Assembly (NCBI GenBank): GCA_963675495.1 | Contig: OY776215.1 | Coordinates: 2,464,001 to 2,528,000, forward strand | Length of the DNA stretch: 64,000 nt | Direction of reading: 5' to 3' | Source: an uncultured Methanolobus sp. | Lineage (GTDB): Archaea; Halobacteriota; Methanosarcinia; Methanosarcinales; Methanosarcinaceae | Part shown: piece by piece, positions 29,466 to 41,330 of the stretch | Layout: each line of letters opens with the position of its first letter | Position numbering within the stretch: the first letter of the stretch is position 1 | The notes under the pieces: model-generated | The model's input: the letters and a program-made list of their open reading frames with translations, nothing else | The model's database searches: none | What the model was told of the DNA's origin: nothing | Position numbers and translations under genes: made by a program

Positions 29466-30802
29466 TCACTCTTCTCCGGTTTTGGGAGTTGCTCTGCAAC
29501 TATCTCATCGACTTTACTGATAAACTGTTCTGCCGTTCCCGGAGGTATAGAGGCACCGGATGCTACATTGTGTCCTCCGCCTTCACCACCGACCAGTTTA
29601 GCAGCCTCGCGAAGCGCAAATGACAGGTCAAGTCCTTTTTCTACAAGGGCACGGGTGCCTCTTGCGGAAACTTTCACAAGTTCTTCCACCTGGTTAACTG
29701 CAACGAAGGGCATTTCAGGATTGACATATCTGACGAAAGTACTTGCTATCAGGCCAGTGCCTTCCATATCTTCCCCTATCAAGTATCCAATGCTATTACC
29801 ATGCTGTACTATATCCAGGCCTTTTTTGATATTTTCCACAATAGATATCTGGTTGGATATTGCCATATCCGTTGCTTCTGCAAGGTGCGCATCATTCTTC
29901 ATACAGATGGAGATTCCCATGCCACCTTTTTCAGCCTTGCCACAGGTATTGAGTATTGCAACGAGGTCATAGACGTTGTGAACTAGCTCCTTGTTAAGGG
30001 TGTACACATCGCCGATGGCTGCATCGATGGCTTCAGGACTGGCATTCTTTGCCAGTTTGAGTGCAATGGCGGATGTAAGTTTTTTAGTCTGGTCTGGATC
30101 AAGGTCTTCAATATTTCCATGAAGCCCTAGAATATCAAGGAAATTTTCTATTTTCTCCCTATCACCAGTGATGTCGAGATAAGGTTCAGGTGTGTATTCA
30201 AGTACTTTTGCAAGGTCTCCGTCACCAATTCGAAGTCCTTTTTTAACGGATACAACTTCTGCGTTCACAGCCTCTTCCAGTATGTGGCCATTGATTGTGC
30301 TGAAAAGCTGTTTATCGCCCACAGCACCTGCAATTGCGAGTCCTGCAAGGTCTATGTTATCAGGTCCCATTTCCATCGCTACAAAGAAAGTTACTCCGGA
30401 TCCGGACACATGCATTGCTCCGTCAATTCCCACAATGTGTGGGTTTACAAGAACCTTGGCAGGTGTCTCTCCTACCGGTACGTGATGGTCAAGCACAATG
30501 ATCTCCTGCTTGATCTGAGAAATTATATCAGACTGACCGCTACCCATATCACAGAAAAGCACCAGGTCACCATCAGCAGCAGTAGTTTTTATCATTTCCA
30601 CTACGGCTTTATCAAGCCTTGGTACAATGGTAGTATGAAAGCGGATGTCCTTTCTCATGAGTGCCTGGCAGATTATTCCGGCAGACGTAAGGCCATCGGC
30701 GTCATTGTGTGAAATGACACGGACATGCTCATATTTCTCAATTACATCCGCTGCTTCTCTTGCCAGTTCCTTGAGTTTTTGCATCTCGATATTTAGTTTC
30801 AT
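29462..30802 (-). CDS. RecJ-like DHH/DHHA1 phosphoesterase
   Basis: SHNDADG, DMGSG, LDHH, GAVGD, GGGHNVASGA. Confidence 0.9.
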   Translation of the reverse strand: MKLNIEMQKLKELAREAADVIEKYEHVRVISHNDADGLTSAGIICQALMRKDIRFHTTIVPRLDKAVVEMIKTTAADGDLVLFCDMGSGQSDIISQIKQEIIVLDHHVPVGETPAKVLVNPHIVGIDGAMHVSGSGVTFFVAMEMGPDNIDLAGLAIAGAVGDKQLFSTINGHILEEAVNAEVVSVKKGLRIGDGDLAKVLEYTPEPYLDITGDREKIENFLDILGLHGNIEDLDPDQTKKLTSAIALKLAKNASPEAIDAAIGDVYTLNKELVHNVYDLVAILNTCGKAEKGGMGISICMKNDAHLAEATDMAISNQISIVENIKKGLDIVQHGNSIGYLIGEDMEGTGLIASTFVRYVNPEMPFVAVNQVEELVKVSARGTRALVEKGLDLSFALREAAKLVGGEGGGHNVASGASIPPGTAEQFISKVDEIVAEQLPKPEKSE

Positions 30803-30834
30803 CCGAACCTCCGGGATAAAGACAGCAATTTGTC

Positions 30835-32043
30835 TTAATTAGTTTTTCTTTTGTGTATGACAACTTCACCGGGCATGGTGGTAGTTCCCGGTTCCATTAC
30901 AGTACCGATATTGATACTGGTATTGATGCCAGTGTGAACATCATCTCCCATGATGACTCCAAGTTTTCTGCGACCTGTGTCTACCAGCTCACCTTTCACC
31001 ACTGACCTTATGTTCCTGTTATCATGCCTAAGATTCGCAACCTTGGTACCAGCACCGAAATTACAGGCTGTGCCTATGACACTGTCACCAAGATATGAAA
31101 GGTGTCCTATCTTCGTACCATCCATGATGACGCTGTTCTTGACTTCAACAGCATTGCCAATATGAACATCATTACCAATGGCAGTTGAAGGTCTGATGAA
31201 GCAGTTGGGTCCTATGTCGCAGTTATCACCAATAATTACCGGTCCGACTATGTAAGCACCGTTGCGAATAATAGTGTTCTTGCCAACCCTGACGTTCCCA
31301 TTCAGGGTCGCATAAGGCTCAACAGTTCCATCACGTGTGTTGTCGATATTTTCAAGCAGCACCTTGTTTGCATCCAACATGTCCCATGGTCTTCCAATAT
31401 CTATCCAGTCGCTGGTGAGTATCTCATAACCAACACTGCAGTCATCGTCTATCATCATCTGCAGTGAGTCCGTAATTTCATACTCTCTTCTTTTTGATTT
31501 GCCGGTTTTGTCTATGTAATCAAAAATAACATCGTTAAAAAGATATATGCCGGCATTGGCAAGGTTAGTAGGTGGATTCTTTGGTTTCTCGATAATCCTT
31601 GTGACTTTCTCTTCCTGGGTTTCAATTACGCCGAACTGTGAAGGATCATCCACTTCTTTCACACTGATAATAGCATCCTCTGTTCTGGATATCAGATGGC
31701 TGATATGTTCTGTACTTACAAGCATGTCACCGTTAAGGACAATGAAATGCCCTTCCACATACTCTTTTGCATAGCCGATGGCATTGGCAGTTCCAAGCTG
31801 CTCTTCCTGGTGTACATATTCTACACTGATGCCAAGGTGGCTGCCATCCCTGAAATAATCCATAATTGCATCTTCACGGTATCCGGTAACGATAAGAAAC
31901 TCTTTTATTCCTGCATCCATGGCAGCATTAATTGTATGCTCTATCATGGGTTTGTTTGCTATAGGGAGCATAACCTTTGGTTTGGATACGGTAAGTGGTC
32001 TCATTCGTGTGCCTTCTCCGGCAGCAAGTATAACGACTTTCAT
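30835..32043 (-). CDS. glmU: Bifunctional sugar-1-phosphate nucleotidylyltransferase/acetyltransferase (archaeal GlmU)
   Basis: [16 protein letters not shown], hexapeptide repeats, [20 protein letters not shown]. Confidence 0.9.
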   Translation of the reverse strand: MKVVILAAGEGTRMRPLTVSKPKVMLPIANKPMIEHTINAAMDAGIKEFLIVTGYREDAIMDYFRDGSHLGISVEYVHQEEQLGTANAIGYAKEYVEGHFIVLNGDMLVSTEHISHLISRTEDAIISVKEVDDPSQFGVIETQEEKVTRIIEKPKNPPTNLANAGIYLFNDVIFDYIDKTGKSKRREYEITDSLQMMIDDDCSVGYEILTSDWIDIGRPWDMLDANKVLLENIDNTRDGTVEPYATLNGNVRVGKNTIIRNGAYIVGPVIIGDNCDIGPNCFIRPSTAIGNDVHIGNAVEVKNSVIMDGTKIGHLSYLGDSVIGTACNFGAGTKVANLRHDNRNIRSVVKGELVDTGRRKLGVIMGDDVHTGINTSINIGTVMEPGTTTMPGEVVIHKRKTN

Positions 32044-33341
32044 AGGAGGCACTCCTTTACAATGCTCTCTACTTTTGCATGGAGTTCTTCTACGTTCTTC
32101 CTGGCTTCTGCTGTAATTCTTATCTTTGCCTCGGTTCCCGATGGTCTGACAAGCACCCAGCCGTTTTCCATATCAATTCGGATGCCGTCTATACTGGAAA
32201 CTTCACCCATTGTCGCAAGCTTTGAGCTGATGTTTTTCATAACTTCATCCTTTCTCGAATTATCACATGCAACTGTGGTTCGGAGTGTAGGATACTGTGG
32301 AAGTTCCTCTCTAAGAGCCGAGAGCTTATTCTCCTTGACTATATCAACAAGCAGGGCAGCAGCGTAGATTCCATCAGGACAATAGGAAATTCTTGGGAAG
32401 ATCCAGCTTCCGGAAGGCTCACCACCAAAATCAGCTTTCTGCTTCTTCATTTCCTCGGCGACATAAACGTCACCAACTCGTGTGTGGATGATTGTAGAAC
32501 CAAGGAGTGCATCATCGACTATCATTGAGGTGTCAACAGGGACTACAACCTTTGGATTGTCTTTGCATTCGTAGCGTGCAAAGATGGCAAGCATTTCATC
32601 ACCTGACACGAACACACCGTTCTCATCAACTGCCATCATCCTGTCTGCATCACCATCATGTGCGATACCAAGGTCAGCCTCAAATGCCGTTATCGCTTTT
32701 TTCAGCATTCCAAGATTCGAGTCTTTTGGTTCGGGATTGCGTGCAGGGAAATGGCCGTCAAGTTGTGAGTTAAGTGTTATAACTTCACATCCCATCTCAC
32801 GTAAAAGGAAAGGGGTTATAGTTCCACCGGCACCGCCTCCACAATCCACTATCACTCTTATGGGTGCACCGGTTGAATGGCTGCGTATCATATCAATGTG
32901 GTCTCTGACTGCATTTTCATATGAGGTTAATTCTCCTATCATGTGCCATGGCACATTGACAAAATCCTCTTTCTCGATTATTGATTCTATTTCTTCCTGC
33001 TGGGTGGAATCAAATGCCATTCCATCAGGGTTCCATAGTTTAATTCCCACATCCTGTGCTGGGTTATGCGATGCAGTGACCATCACTCCGCAGTCATAAT
33101 TACGGGTTGCGTATGCAAGTGTGGGTGTTGTTACAAGACCAACACGAACAACATCACAGCCTGCAGACATCAGACCTGAGATAATTGCGTGTTCTATCAT
33201 CTCCCCGGCTACACGAGGGTCTCTTCCGATGACTGCAGTCTTTTTTGATCTGCCAAGAGCCATTCCTACTTTCAGGGCCAGATCAACAGTAACTTCTACA
33301 TTTGCAAGTCCACGGATGCCTGAAGAACCAAATAATTTCAT
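32040..33341 (-). CDS. glmM: Phosphoglucosamine mutase
   Basis: [33 protein letters not shown]. Confidence 0.93.
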   Translation of the reverse strand: MKLFGSSGIRGLANVEVTVDLALKVGMALGRSKKTAVIGRDPRVAGEMIEHAIISGLMSAGCDVVRVGLVTTPTLAYATRNYDCGVMVTASHNPAQDVGIKLWNPDGMAFDSTQQEEIESIIEKEDFVNVPWHMIGELTSYENAVRDHIDMIRSHSTGAPIRVIVDCGGGAGGTITPFLLREMGCEVITLNSQLDGHFPARNPEPKDSNLGMLKKAITAFEADLGIAHDGDADRMMAVDENGVFVSGDEMLAIFARYECKDNPKVVVPVDTSMIVDDALLGSTIIHTRVGDVYVAEEMKKQKADFGGEPSGSWIFPRISYCPDGIYAAALLVDIVKENKLSALREELPQYPTLRTTVACDNSRKDEVMKNISSKLATMGEVSSIDGIRIDMENGWVLVRPSGTEAKIRITAEARKNVEELHAKVESIVKECLL

Positions 33342-33368
33342 TTATTATCCTCTCTTAAAATAAAAATA

Positions 33369-35198
33369 TTATTCAACGGTTACACTCTTTGCAAGGTTCC
33401 TCGGTTTATCAATGGAACAATTCTTTGCAAGTGCAGTATAATATGAAAGCAATTGCAGCGCAACAGATGACAGGACCGGTGCCAGTAGCTCATGTGAAGA
33501 AGGCACTCGAATCACAACATCCACATACTTTTCTATCTCTGTATCGTCGTCATCAGCTACTGCAACGACGGTAGCATTGCGTGCTTTTACTTCTTTGATG
33601 TTGCTGAGTATTTTTTCGTATGTATGTCCCCTGGTGGCTATTGCAACTACGGGGGTCTCATCAGTTATAAGCGCCAGAGGCCCGTGCTTGAGTTCACCGG
33701 CTGCATAGCCTTCGGCATGTATATATGATATTTCTTTGAGTTTCAGCGCTCCTTCAAGGGCCACAGGGTAATTCAGGTAGCGTCCGATAAAAAAACAATC
33801 CCTTTTGTCTGTGAACAGCGTAGCGCATTCCTTTATTGCATCTTTCCTGTTGAGTATCTTCTGTATCTGTCCTGGAAGTCGCTTCATTGCAACGATAAGA
33901 TCCTTTGCTTCGTTTGCGCTGACAACACCACGTATCCTCCCGAGATGAATGGCAAGCATGTATAGTGCGATCAACTGGGCTGTGAAGGTCTTTGTTGCTG
34001 CAACTCCTATTTCAGGTCCTGACCTGGTATATAATACGCTGTCAGATTCTCTGGTGATGGTACTTCCAACAACGTTGGTAATGGCTATGCTGCGACATCC
34101 GTAGGAGCTCGAACTTCTGACAGCAGCCAGGGTGTCAGCGGTCTCACCTGACTGGGTGATGGCAATTGTCAACTCCTCTCCACAAAGGACTGGATTACTA
34201 TACCTGAACTCTGATGCAGTTTCTATGTCAGTATGGAGTCCTGCAAGTTTCTCAAAAAGGTATTTGCCAAGCGTGCCCGCATTCCATGAGGTTCCACAGG
34301 CTATAATAGTAGCTCTTTTGAGCCGTTTGATCTCTTCACGTTCAAGATAAAGTTCATCCAGTGTAACGGTTCCCTCAAGTTCTGATAGTTTACCTGCAAA
34401 TGTATTCTGGATCGAGGTGGGTTGTTCATGGATCTCTTTCAGCATGAAATGTTCATAACCTGCTTTTTCAGCAGCTTCAAGACTCCATTCTATGGTTTCC
34501 GTGTCTCTGGAAATACTAGTTCCATCAAGGTCAAATATTTCAATAGAGTCTGGCTTTAGAACTCCGATTTCATTGTCGTTGATATAGATTACTTCTTTTG
34601 TGTGCTTTAAAAAAGCAGTGACATCTGATGCAGCATAATTGCTGCCTTTCCCAATTCCTATCACAAGGGGGCTATCTTTTCTGGCAAAAGCCAGAATGTC
34701 AGGCTCTTCAGCACACAGGGCTGCAATTGCATATGACCCATTAAGTTCTCTTATCGTTTCTTTGAGGCCATCAAGCAGGCATTTTTTACCATTACAGTTC
34801 ATATTGAAATGCAAAAGATGTGCTATAACTTCAGTATCCGTTTCAGACTTGAACTCATAACCAAGGCCTGTCAATCTTTCCTTGAGTTCCATATAATTTT
34901 CGATGATTCCATTGTGAACCACCGAGATATTAGCTGAAAGGTGAGGGTGGGCGTTTCTGGTTTCCGGTTTTCCATGTGTTGCCCATCTTGTGTGTCCTAT
35001 GCCATTACTTCCCTGTGTGTCTTTAGGAATTACAGCTTCGAGGTTCTTTATCCTCCCAGCAACTTTGTAGGTTTCCAGTGTTCCATTGAAAACAGTAACC
35101 CCTGCAGAATCATATCCCCTGTATTCCAGCATTTTGAGTGAGTCAAGTATAATAGGTACAGCCTGACCATCACCAATATATCCAACTATTCCACACAT
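33369..35198 (-). CDS. glmS: Glutamine-fructose-6-phosphate transaminase
   Basis: MCGIVG, GHTRWATHG, SQSGETAD-like TQSGETAD, KPRNLAKSVTVE. Confidence 0.96.
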   Translation of the reverse strand: MCGIVGYIGDGQAVPIILDSLKMLEYRGYDSAGVTVFNGTLETYKVAGRIKNLEAVIPKDTQGSNGIGHTRWATHGKPETRNAHPHLSANISVVHNGIIENYMELKERLTGLGYEFKSETDTEVIAHLLHFNMNCNGKKCLLDGLKETIRELNGSYAIAALCAEEPDILAFARKDSPLVIGIGKGSNYAASDVTAFLKHTKEVIYINDNEIGVLKPDSIEIFDLDGTSISRDTETIEWSLEAAEKAGYEHFMLKEIHEQPTSIQNTFAGKLSELEGTVTLDELYLEREEIKRLKRATIIACGTSWNAGTLGKYLFEKLAGLHTDIETASEFRYSNPVLCGEELTIAITQSGETADTLAAVRSSSSYGCRSIAITNVVGSTITRESDSVLYTRSGPEIGVAATKTFTAQLIALYMLAIHLGRIRGVVSANEAKDLIVAMKRLPGQIQKILNRKDAIKECATLFTDKRDCFFIGRYLNYPVALEGALKLKEISYIHAEGYAAGELKHGPLALITDETPVVAIATRGHTYEKILSNIKEVKARNATVVAVADDDDTEIEKYVDVVIRVPSSHELLAPVLSSVALQLLSYYTALAKNCSIDKPRNLAKSVTVE

Positions 35199-35208
35199 TT
35201 TAATCACC

Positions 35209-36426
35209 CTAAATTAAGATAGAGTCCGCTGGAACATCTTCTGTGATTGTTCTACCTGAACTAATGCGGCAGTTTGCAGACACCATTTTTCCTGCACGAA
35301 CAAGTACGTTTCCTCCAATTTCCGTATCGTCACCCACGATGGTTCCAAGTTTATCCGCACTGTGAAGATATCTTTCAATCTGAATTAGCATGTCTTTGCC
35401 TTCTTCAGTGATGAAGTTAGGACCAGTTGAAACATTACTTCCCACCACAGAGCAGGATACGTTACTGTGTGTGCCGATACGTACGTCATTCATGAGAATG
35501 CTGTTTTTGATATATGAAAATGAAGCAATTGAAACATTATTTCCAATGCTTGTAGAAGGTAGTATGACGACATTTGGTCCGATGTCACAATTGTCGCCAA
35601 TAACAACTGGTCCCACTATATATGAACCTGCTCTTATGATTGTGTTTTTACCAATGGTCACATTCCCTTTGATATTCACTCCATCTTCTACTTTTCCTTT
35701 GGTAAGGTCAGCTTTCAGGTCGCCAAGTACTATTGTGTTTGCTTCCAGCAGGTTCCATGAGTATACAGCATCAAGCCAATCTGTATTAGTTACTGCCATT
35801 GTCACATCCATTCCGGCATTGATCATTGACTGAAGTGTGTCAGTGATGGCATATTCTCCGGTTGTCGAAATTGATGTTTCTTCTATCATTTCAAATATTT
35901 CCTGTCTGAAAAGATAGGTTCCTGTGTTTATCAGATGACTAACAAGCGTTTTTGGTTTTTCAATGATCTCTTTAACACTTCGTCCTTTTGCAACTATAAC
36001 TCCATAATTGCTAACGTCGTCTTTCTTACATGTAAGGATCGTTGCATCTCCCTGTGAACCATTTATAAGGTCATATATTGCATCAGGGCCTATTATGTTG
36101 TCACCATTCACAACAATAAATTTCTCTTCATTCTGACCGATTATTTGGCGTGCCTGAAGAATGGCATGTGCGGTTCCAATTTGTGCTTTCTGTTCAATGT
36201 ACTCAATTTTAACACCAAAATTGATTCCATCTTCAAAATGATCCATTATACGTTCTTTTTCGTACCCTACTACCAATATAATTTCCTTGATGTCGTTTTT
36301 TACAAGGGCATTGATGACGTGTTCAAGAATCGGTTTATTTGCTACCGGAAGCATTACCTTTGACCTTGCAAGTGTAAGTGGCCGGCATCTTTTACCTTCA
36401 CCGGCTGCGAGAATGATTGCTTTCAT
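35209..36426 (-). CDS. Second GlmU-like nucleotidyltransferase with left-handed beta-helix
   Basis: LAAGEGKRCRPLT, hexapeptide repeats; acetyltransferase-region motifs diverged. Confidence 0.85.
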   Translation of the reverse strand: MKAIILAAGEGKRCRPLTLARSKVMLPVANKPILEHVINALVKNDIKEIILVVGYEKERIMDHFEDGINFGVKIEYIEQKAQIGTAHAILQARQIIGQNEEKFIVVNGDNIIGPDAIYDLINGSQGDATILTCKKDDVSNYGVIVAKGRSVKEIIEKPKTLVSHLINTGTYLFRQEIFEMIEETSISTTGEYAITDTLQSMINAGMDVTMAVTNTDWLDAVYSWNLLEANTIVLGDLKADLTKGKVEDGVNIKGNVTIGKNTIIRAGSYIVGPVVIGDNCDIGPNVVILPSTSIGNNVSIASFSYIKNSILMNDVRIGTHSNVSCSVVGSNVSTGPNFITEEGKDMLIQIERYLHSADKLGTIVGDDTEIGGNVLVRAGKMVSANCRISSGRTITEDVPADSILI

Positions 36427-36536
36427 GGCATACAATGCTCTTTAAAACAATTTATAAGTTACCTTCGAAGGTATTTTAAAACAGATATACTTTACAGTTG
36501 AAACTAAGGAATATATAATTAAATAAAAGAGTTAAA

Positions 36537-36554
36537 TTTGGCCTTTCGGCCAAA
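36537..36554 (-). terminator. Hairpin terminator after rps15
   Basis: TTTGGCC-TTTC-GGCCAAA just past the stop codon. Confidence 0.55.
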
Positions 36555-36569
36555 CATTGAATTGATTAT

Positions 36570-37028
36570 TTATCTTGTGATCAGCATTTCAGCCGTCTCT
36601 GGTTTATACTTCCAGGTAGCTGGAAGAACCTTTGTGGACTGGTAATATTTGACCAATCTTCTGATCTTTGCTTCGGTGTTCTGAAGGGAACGTTTGTTGT
36701 GAACATCTTTGTGGTTGTTGTTCATATGTTTCCTTAGTCCGATAGCCTTTACAATAAGGTTGTACAGGTCCTCAGGCACGGCGAAATCTTCACCATTCTC
36801 TCTGAGTATCTGTGTGACCTTCTTACCTGTTAATACTTTGACGTCAGGTACACCGTATTTGTCCCTGAGTACCATTCCAATTTCACTTGTGCTGACACCC
36901 TGTTTCCACATGTCATTCACTACAGTTGTCACTTCTTCAGTGGTCATTGTGGACCATGCCGGTGCTTCGGTACGAAGTGGTTTTGTTGGGCCGGAGTTTC
37001 CTTTTTTCCGGGTATGCATTTTTGCCAT
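36570..37028 (-). CDS. rps15: 30S ribosomal protein S15 (uS15)
   Basis: [39 protein letters not shown]. Confidence 0.96.
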   Translation of the reverse strand: MAKMHTRKKGNSGPTKPLRTEAPAWSTMTTEEVTTVVNDMWKQGVSTSEIGMVLRDKYGVPDVKVLTGKKVTQILRENGEDFAVPEDLYNLIVKAIGLRKHMNNNHKDVHNKRSLQNTEAKIRRLVKYYQSTKVLPATWKYKPETAEMLITR

Positions 37029-37224
37029 AAGCTTCCTCCTGATAATTGTAAATTAAGTTCTGATTTAATATGTATGGGTTTTAGATACTTACCAGATCGT
37101 TGAACTTGGGAGACAATCTGATAATATGTTAATGTGATTGGCGAAGTGCTTCCTATGAATACTATCATCTAATATATATGTTATGATTGATGAAATCGCT
37201 TTTGTGAACTCTATTTTTTAGTTC

Positions 37225-38439
37225 TCACCAGATAATGAGTACAATGTCTGCACCTGCTGGATTAGCTGTTCTGTATATTGCATCGAGCTGGGTGTTGGCA
37301 AGCTCATATCTTGTGCTGTTATCCGTGGCATTACATATGAGTGCGATCGTCTGGTTTATGTCATCACTCTGGTAATCAATGATGTGATCTGAAATGAGAT
37401 CAGTGTTCACATCCATGATTACAGTATTGACAGTGTCTACAATATCCAGACTGACGCTTTGTTCTTCCGGGTTTATTGCTATGTTCAGTCCATAAAGATC
37501 ATTTATTGTGTAGTTCATGCATCCAAGGGCACTCTGTATCACAGGGCTGCTATAATTTGCATCATCCGGACCTGCAAGACATGCTAATTGTTCACTGTTT
37601 ACCGATATCTCAGTAGCATTTAGCGATGAAAGGTAATCATACGGAAAAACAATATCTGTGATTGTTTCTGCACATCCACCTGCTGCAATTCCAATGCTGT
37701 TGTTGAACATATCACGTAGCTCTTTATCCGGCTCAGGAGAATTAATAGCATTGTATATTTTTGTTTCATTGAAAGGATTGTATATCTCTTCTTTTGTGAC
37801 CAAATATGTTACAGGTAGAGATATTCTGGCCTGTTGTCTGATTGCAGTTTCAGGTGCTTTTTCTCCTACTATTATGTCACTTTGTACTTTATACCCGATA
37901 ACAGGCTGCCAGTGGGCTTCAAATCTGTAATTATATCTCTGCCCTATGGTCCTTTCAAGGTGAGCTTCTATCTGTCTTTCAGTTTCGAAGCTTTGCATTT
38001 TTGTCATGGGGTTAAGAGATTTCCGAGTACCGTTCTCTGTCTGGTAAAGGCTCAGTACCAGACCCTCGGCTACAAGGTCCGAAAAGGTGCGATGACGTTG
38101 TTCCTTTGTAAATATTGTCTCCTCTGCATCTTCAAGAATTGAATTTTCCGAGAGGTTGACATCGATACCTGCCAGGTCAGTTGGTTTTAAAGTATATTCG
38201 AATTCATCGACCGTGCTACTCATGATGGTATTCATCAGGCACATGTCCATATCCTGTGCTGAAGTATAAGATGCTGAGCGATACTGCTCATCTGCTGCAA
38301 TGGAAGGCAAAAGAATTACTGCAGAGATTGAAACCAGGATTAGGAACATAATAGCATCGATGCTTGATGAGAATGCGTTCTCATCCCTGAACATTTCAGA
38401 GAGATAACTTTTTTTCCCAGTGGGTTTGGATCGTACCAT
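37225..38439 (-). CDS. Prepilin-like protein with class III signal peptide (404 aa)
   Basis: FRDENA|FSSSIDAIMFLILVSISAVILL. Confidence 0.65.
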   Translation of the reverse strand: MVRSKPTGKKSYLSEMFRDENAFSSSIDAIMFLILVSISAVILLPSIAADEQYRSASYTSAQDMDMCLMNTIMSSTVDEFEYTLKPTDLAGIDVNLSENSILEDAEETIFTKEQRHRTFSDLVAEGLVLSLYQTENGTRKSLNPMTKMQSFETERQIEAHLERTIGQRYNYRFEAHWQPVIGYKVQSDIIVGEKAPETAIRQQARISLPVTYLVTKEEIYNPFNETKIYNAINSPEPDKELRDMFNNSIGIAAGGCAETITDIVFPYDYLSSLNATEISVNSEQLACLAGPDDANYSSPVIQSALGCMNYTINDLYGLNIAINPEEQSVSLDIVDTVNTVIMDVNTDLISDHIIDYQSDDINQTIALICNATDNSTRYELANTQLDAIYRTANPAGADIVLIIW

Positions 38440-38469
38440 GTCGGTCTCCGTTTTTTTATTTCCACTTTT

Positions 38470-38979
38470 TTATTTCCATCTGTTCTGCATGATCTTCACA
38501 GTAATGGTTCCGGGAACGCAGCGTGCACTGCTTCCGAGTTCAATGACGACTGGCACTGATGATGCAATAATATCCCTGCCATTGAGCGAAATAGCTCCGT
38601 CTATAATTGTCCATCTATAATTTCCATCATCTGTTGCTGCTTCAACATAAAAGTCCAGATTTGGGGAAAAACGCTGGAAGAACATATAGCGTTCCTCATT
38701 TACAGAGGGAGTGGAAATCCTGTCAAGTGATTTTGCAGAAATGAGTTCAGGTCTGCTTCCCTGAAGGGGTGGATAGGATGCAATGTCCTGTGCTATCAGG
38801 GCAGCCTGTTCATAGTTTTCAAGTGCCTGCGAATTGTCATTGAATGCAATGAAGGTCTTTGAGAGGATTGCTGCGAATACCACAAATCCAATAACCACCA
38901 TTGCAGTGGCTATTATATCATTGTTAGGCTCAAGAAAAGCTCTTTCATCACTGGTAAACGAGGACATATTCAAGTTCAT
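38470..38979 (-). CDS. Prepilin-like protein with class III signal peptide (169 aa)
   Basis: FTSDERA|FLEP..DIIATAMVVIGFVVFAAIL. Confidence 0.65.
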   Translation of the reverse strand: MNLNMSSFTSDERAFLEPNNDIIATAMVVIGFVVFAAILSKTFIAFNDNSQALENYEQAALIAQDIASYPPLQGSRPELISAKSLDRISTPSVNEERYMFFQRFSPNLDFYVEAATDDGNYRWTIIDGAISLNGRDIIASSVPVVIELGSSARCVPGTITVKIMQNRWK

Positions 38980-39604
38980 TCACCTCGTTTCCGTCTGTTA
39001 CAAATACTTGTGTTTTTTCTATGTTAACTTCTTTACTTATGTTCAAATCAAGTTCTTCTGCTGCGACAATGGACAAAAACTCCGTCAGATCAGTGTGTGG
39101 GAATATTGAATTGACAGGTTGGCTGGCATTTCCATCTGCTGAAAATTCTCCAGTGAGGAGATTCCTGAGGTTTTCGGGACTAAAGGGTATTGTCCTGTAA
39201 TTTAGAGGTCTGACAACAGATAGGTTATTTCCTTCATCTAAAAAAGTGCAGCTTACATATTCTCCGGTGACTGAGATGTTCAATCTGCCACTGTCAATTT
39301 GTTGTCTTGCAGAACTGTCAAAACGGTATATTTTCACTGTATTGTCTGTACCGGAATGAATACTTCCCACCGAATCAATGTTTGATGCCAGGTCAATTGC
39401 GAGTACTTCCAGCTCATTCTTTTTGACCATATCTGCTGAAATGGAAGTCAGGTTATATACTGCGGCAAGGATGACCGCAGTTACGATAATGAGTGCTGTC
39501 TTTGAAAGTATCAGGTCTACCCATGCATTGTTATCATCAGTAAAACTTTTTGTACTAACTAATGATGAAGGATCTGTGGTATTAACTTCTGTCCGTTTTT
39601 TCAT
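38948..39604 (-). CDS. Prepilin-like protein with class III signal peptide (218 aa)
   Basis: FTDDNNA|WVDLILSKTALIIVTAVILAAV. Confidence 0.6.
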   Translation of the reverse strand: MKKRTEVNTTDPSSLVSTKSFTDDNNAWVDLILSKTALIIVTAVILAAVYNLTSISADMVKKNELEVLAIDLASNIDSVGSIHSGTDNTVKIYRFDSSARQQIDSGRLNISVTGEYVSCTFLDEGNNLSVVRPLNYRTIPFSPENLRNLLTGEFSADGNASQPVNSIFPHTDLTEFLSIVAAEELDLNISKEVNIEKTQVFVTDGNEVNELEYVLVYQ

Positions 39605-40098
39605 TACAACTGGGACTTATCACTAAGTGTGATAAAAATTTTTCTATTTTGGTCGCGAACACTTTCTATATTAATTATGTGTGGTCCGGGGCTAAGGACT
39701 ACACAGCCACTAAGAGTGGAATTAGAATAAGATGCAGCAGACTCTCCAATGACCTGCTTCCCGTTGACCTCTATGTAATAGTTCCGGGAATCGGAAGGCC
39801 AATAATCCTCTTTTCCAGGGACAGCTCCCATTACAAGTTTTGCATTTGAAGGAACATTAATGTCAAGAGTTATATTGCTGCCAATTCCTCTGAATGACAT
39901 CTGGTCAGCATGACCTTCTATTTCCGATATCACAGCTTCAGCAGCATGCATTTCTTCTTTTTCAAGCATAGAGGATAATGCTGTTGAAAGCAGAAGCAAC
40001 AATGCTCCTATGGCGATGACTGCAACTATCATTTTCATAGGGAGAGCATCTGCTGCCCTTTCATTTCTTATGATGCTTGTCGGGGATTTTTCCATCAT
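39604..40098 (-). CDS. Prepilin-like protein with class III signal peptide (164 aa)
   Basis: IIRNERA|[22 protein letters not shown]. Confidence 0.65.
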   Translation of the reverse strand: MMEKSPTSIIRNERAADALPMKMIVAVIAIGALLLLLSTALSSMLEKEEMHAAEAVISEIEGHADQMSFRGIGSNITLDINVPSNAKLVMGAVPGKEDYWPSDSRNYYIEVNGKQVIGESAASYSNSTLSGCVVLSPGPHIINIESVRDQNRKIFITLSDKSQL

Positions 40099-41330
40099 TT
40101 GTTTGTAAGTTTTTGAATGACATCTTCAAGAGTCAGAAGTTCCTGCTCACCGCTTTTCATGTCCTTCAAGGTAACTTTTCCGGCTTCAACTTCCTGTTCA
40201 CCGATTATTACCACATAATTGGCACCGATGTTATTTGCATAGGATAACTGAGCTTTGAAATTCCTCTTCATCAGGTCATTGTAGACTGGCATGTGTAACC
40301 TGAGTTTAGTAGCAGCTTTCACAGCATCCAGACGTGTACTGTCCTTTGCAATTATAACGACAGGTTTGTCATCAGGTGCTTCCAGCTCACAGACCTCCAT
40401 TATCCTGTCAAATCCAAGGCCGAATCCTGTGGATGACACATCTCCGCCGCCAAATATTTTGATAAGATTGTATGAACCGCCTCCACATACCTGGTTCTGG
40501 GCGCCAAGTCCCTCGGCATATATCTCAAAGACCGTGCCTGTGTAGTAGTCAAGTCCCCTGGCGATTCCAAAATCAATGGTATATTCCACTCCGTAGGTAT
40601 CCAGAAGGGTCAAAAGTTCCTGGAATGTCTCTATTTCAGGAATGTCGCCCACAAGTTCGCGTGCTTTTGTAACTGCTCCTTCTCCGGTAAGACATATCAG
40701 TTCAAGGAGCTTCATGCACAGGTCCGCAGGTGCATTAATTTCTTCAAGGAAATCATTGAGTCCTGTATCATCTTTCTTATCAACAAGTCTCATTATTTTG
40801 CTCTGGTGCTCGGTTTCCAGAACGCTTAGAAGGTTTCTGATTACACCAAGATTGTTAACGTGAAGGTCACCTTTGACACCCACAGATTTGAGCATCTCAG
40901 TTGCAAGTGCAATGACTTCAGCATCAGCATCTGCTCTCTTGCTGCCAATGAGCTCCACACCGAACTGCCAGAATTCTCTAAAACGTCCTTTCTGGGGTCT
41001 CTCATACCTGAAACAATTCTCAAAATAGAATAACTTCAATGGCTGCTGGAATGATTGCATCTCATTGACGTACATCCTCATGACAGGAGCGGTCAGTTCC
41101 GGACGCAGTGTCATTTCCCTGTCTCCCTTGTCTTTGAAGTTGTAGAGTTCCCCTACTATTCCTTCGCCGGATTTGAGCGTGAAAAGTTCCAGATTCTCAA
41201 ACGTGGGGGTGATTATCTCGTTGAATCCCCAATTCTTAACGACCTGGCGTAGTATGTTCTCCACGTATCTTCTTTTCTTTGTGTCTTCCGGGAGGAAATC
41301 ACGTGTGCCTCGTGGTTTGCTTATCTTCAT
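40095..41330 (-). CDS. hisS: Histidyl-tRNA synthetase
   Basis: [50 protein letters not shown]. Confidence 0.96.
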   Translation of the reverse strand: MKISKPRGTRDFLPEDTKKRRYVENILRQVVKNWGFNEIITPTFENLELFTLKSGEGIVGELYNFKDKGDREMTLRPELTAPVMRMYVNEMQSFQQPLKLFYFENCFRYERPQKGRFREFWQFGVELIGSKRADADAEVIALATEMLKSVGVKGDLHVNNLGVIRNLLSVLETEHQSKIMRLVDKKDDTGLNDFLEEINAPADLCMKLLELICLTGEGAVTKARELVGDIPEIETFQELLTLLDTYGVEYTIDFGIARGLDYYTGTVFEIYAEGLGAQNQVCGGGSYNLIKIFGGGDVSSTGFGLGFDRIMEVCELEAPDDKPVVIIAKDSTRLDAVKAATKLRLHMPVYNDLMKRNFKAQLSYANNIGANYVVIIGEQEVEAGKVTLKDMKSGEQELLTLEDVIQKLTNK

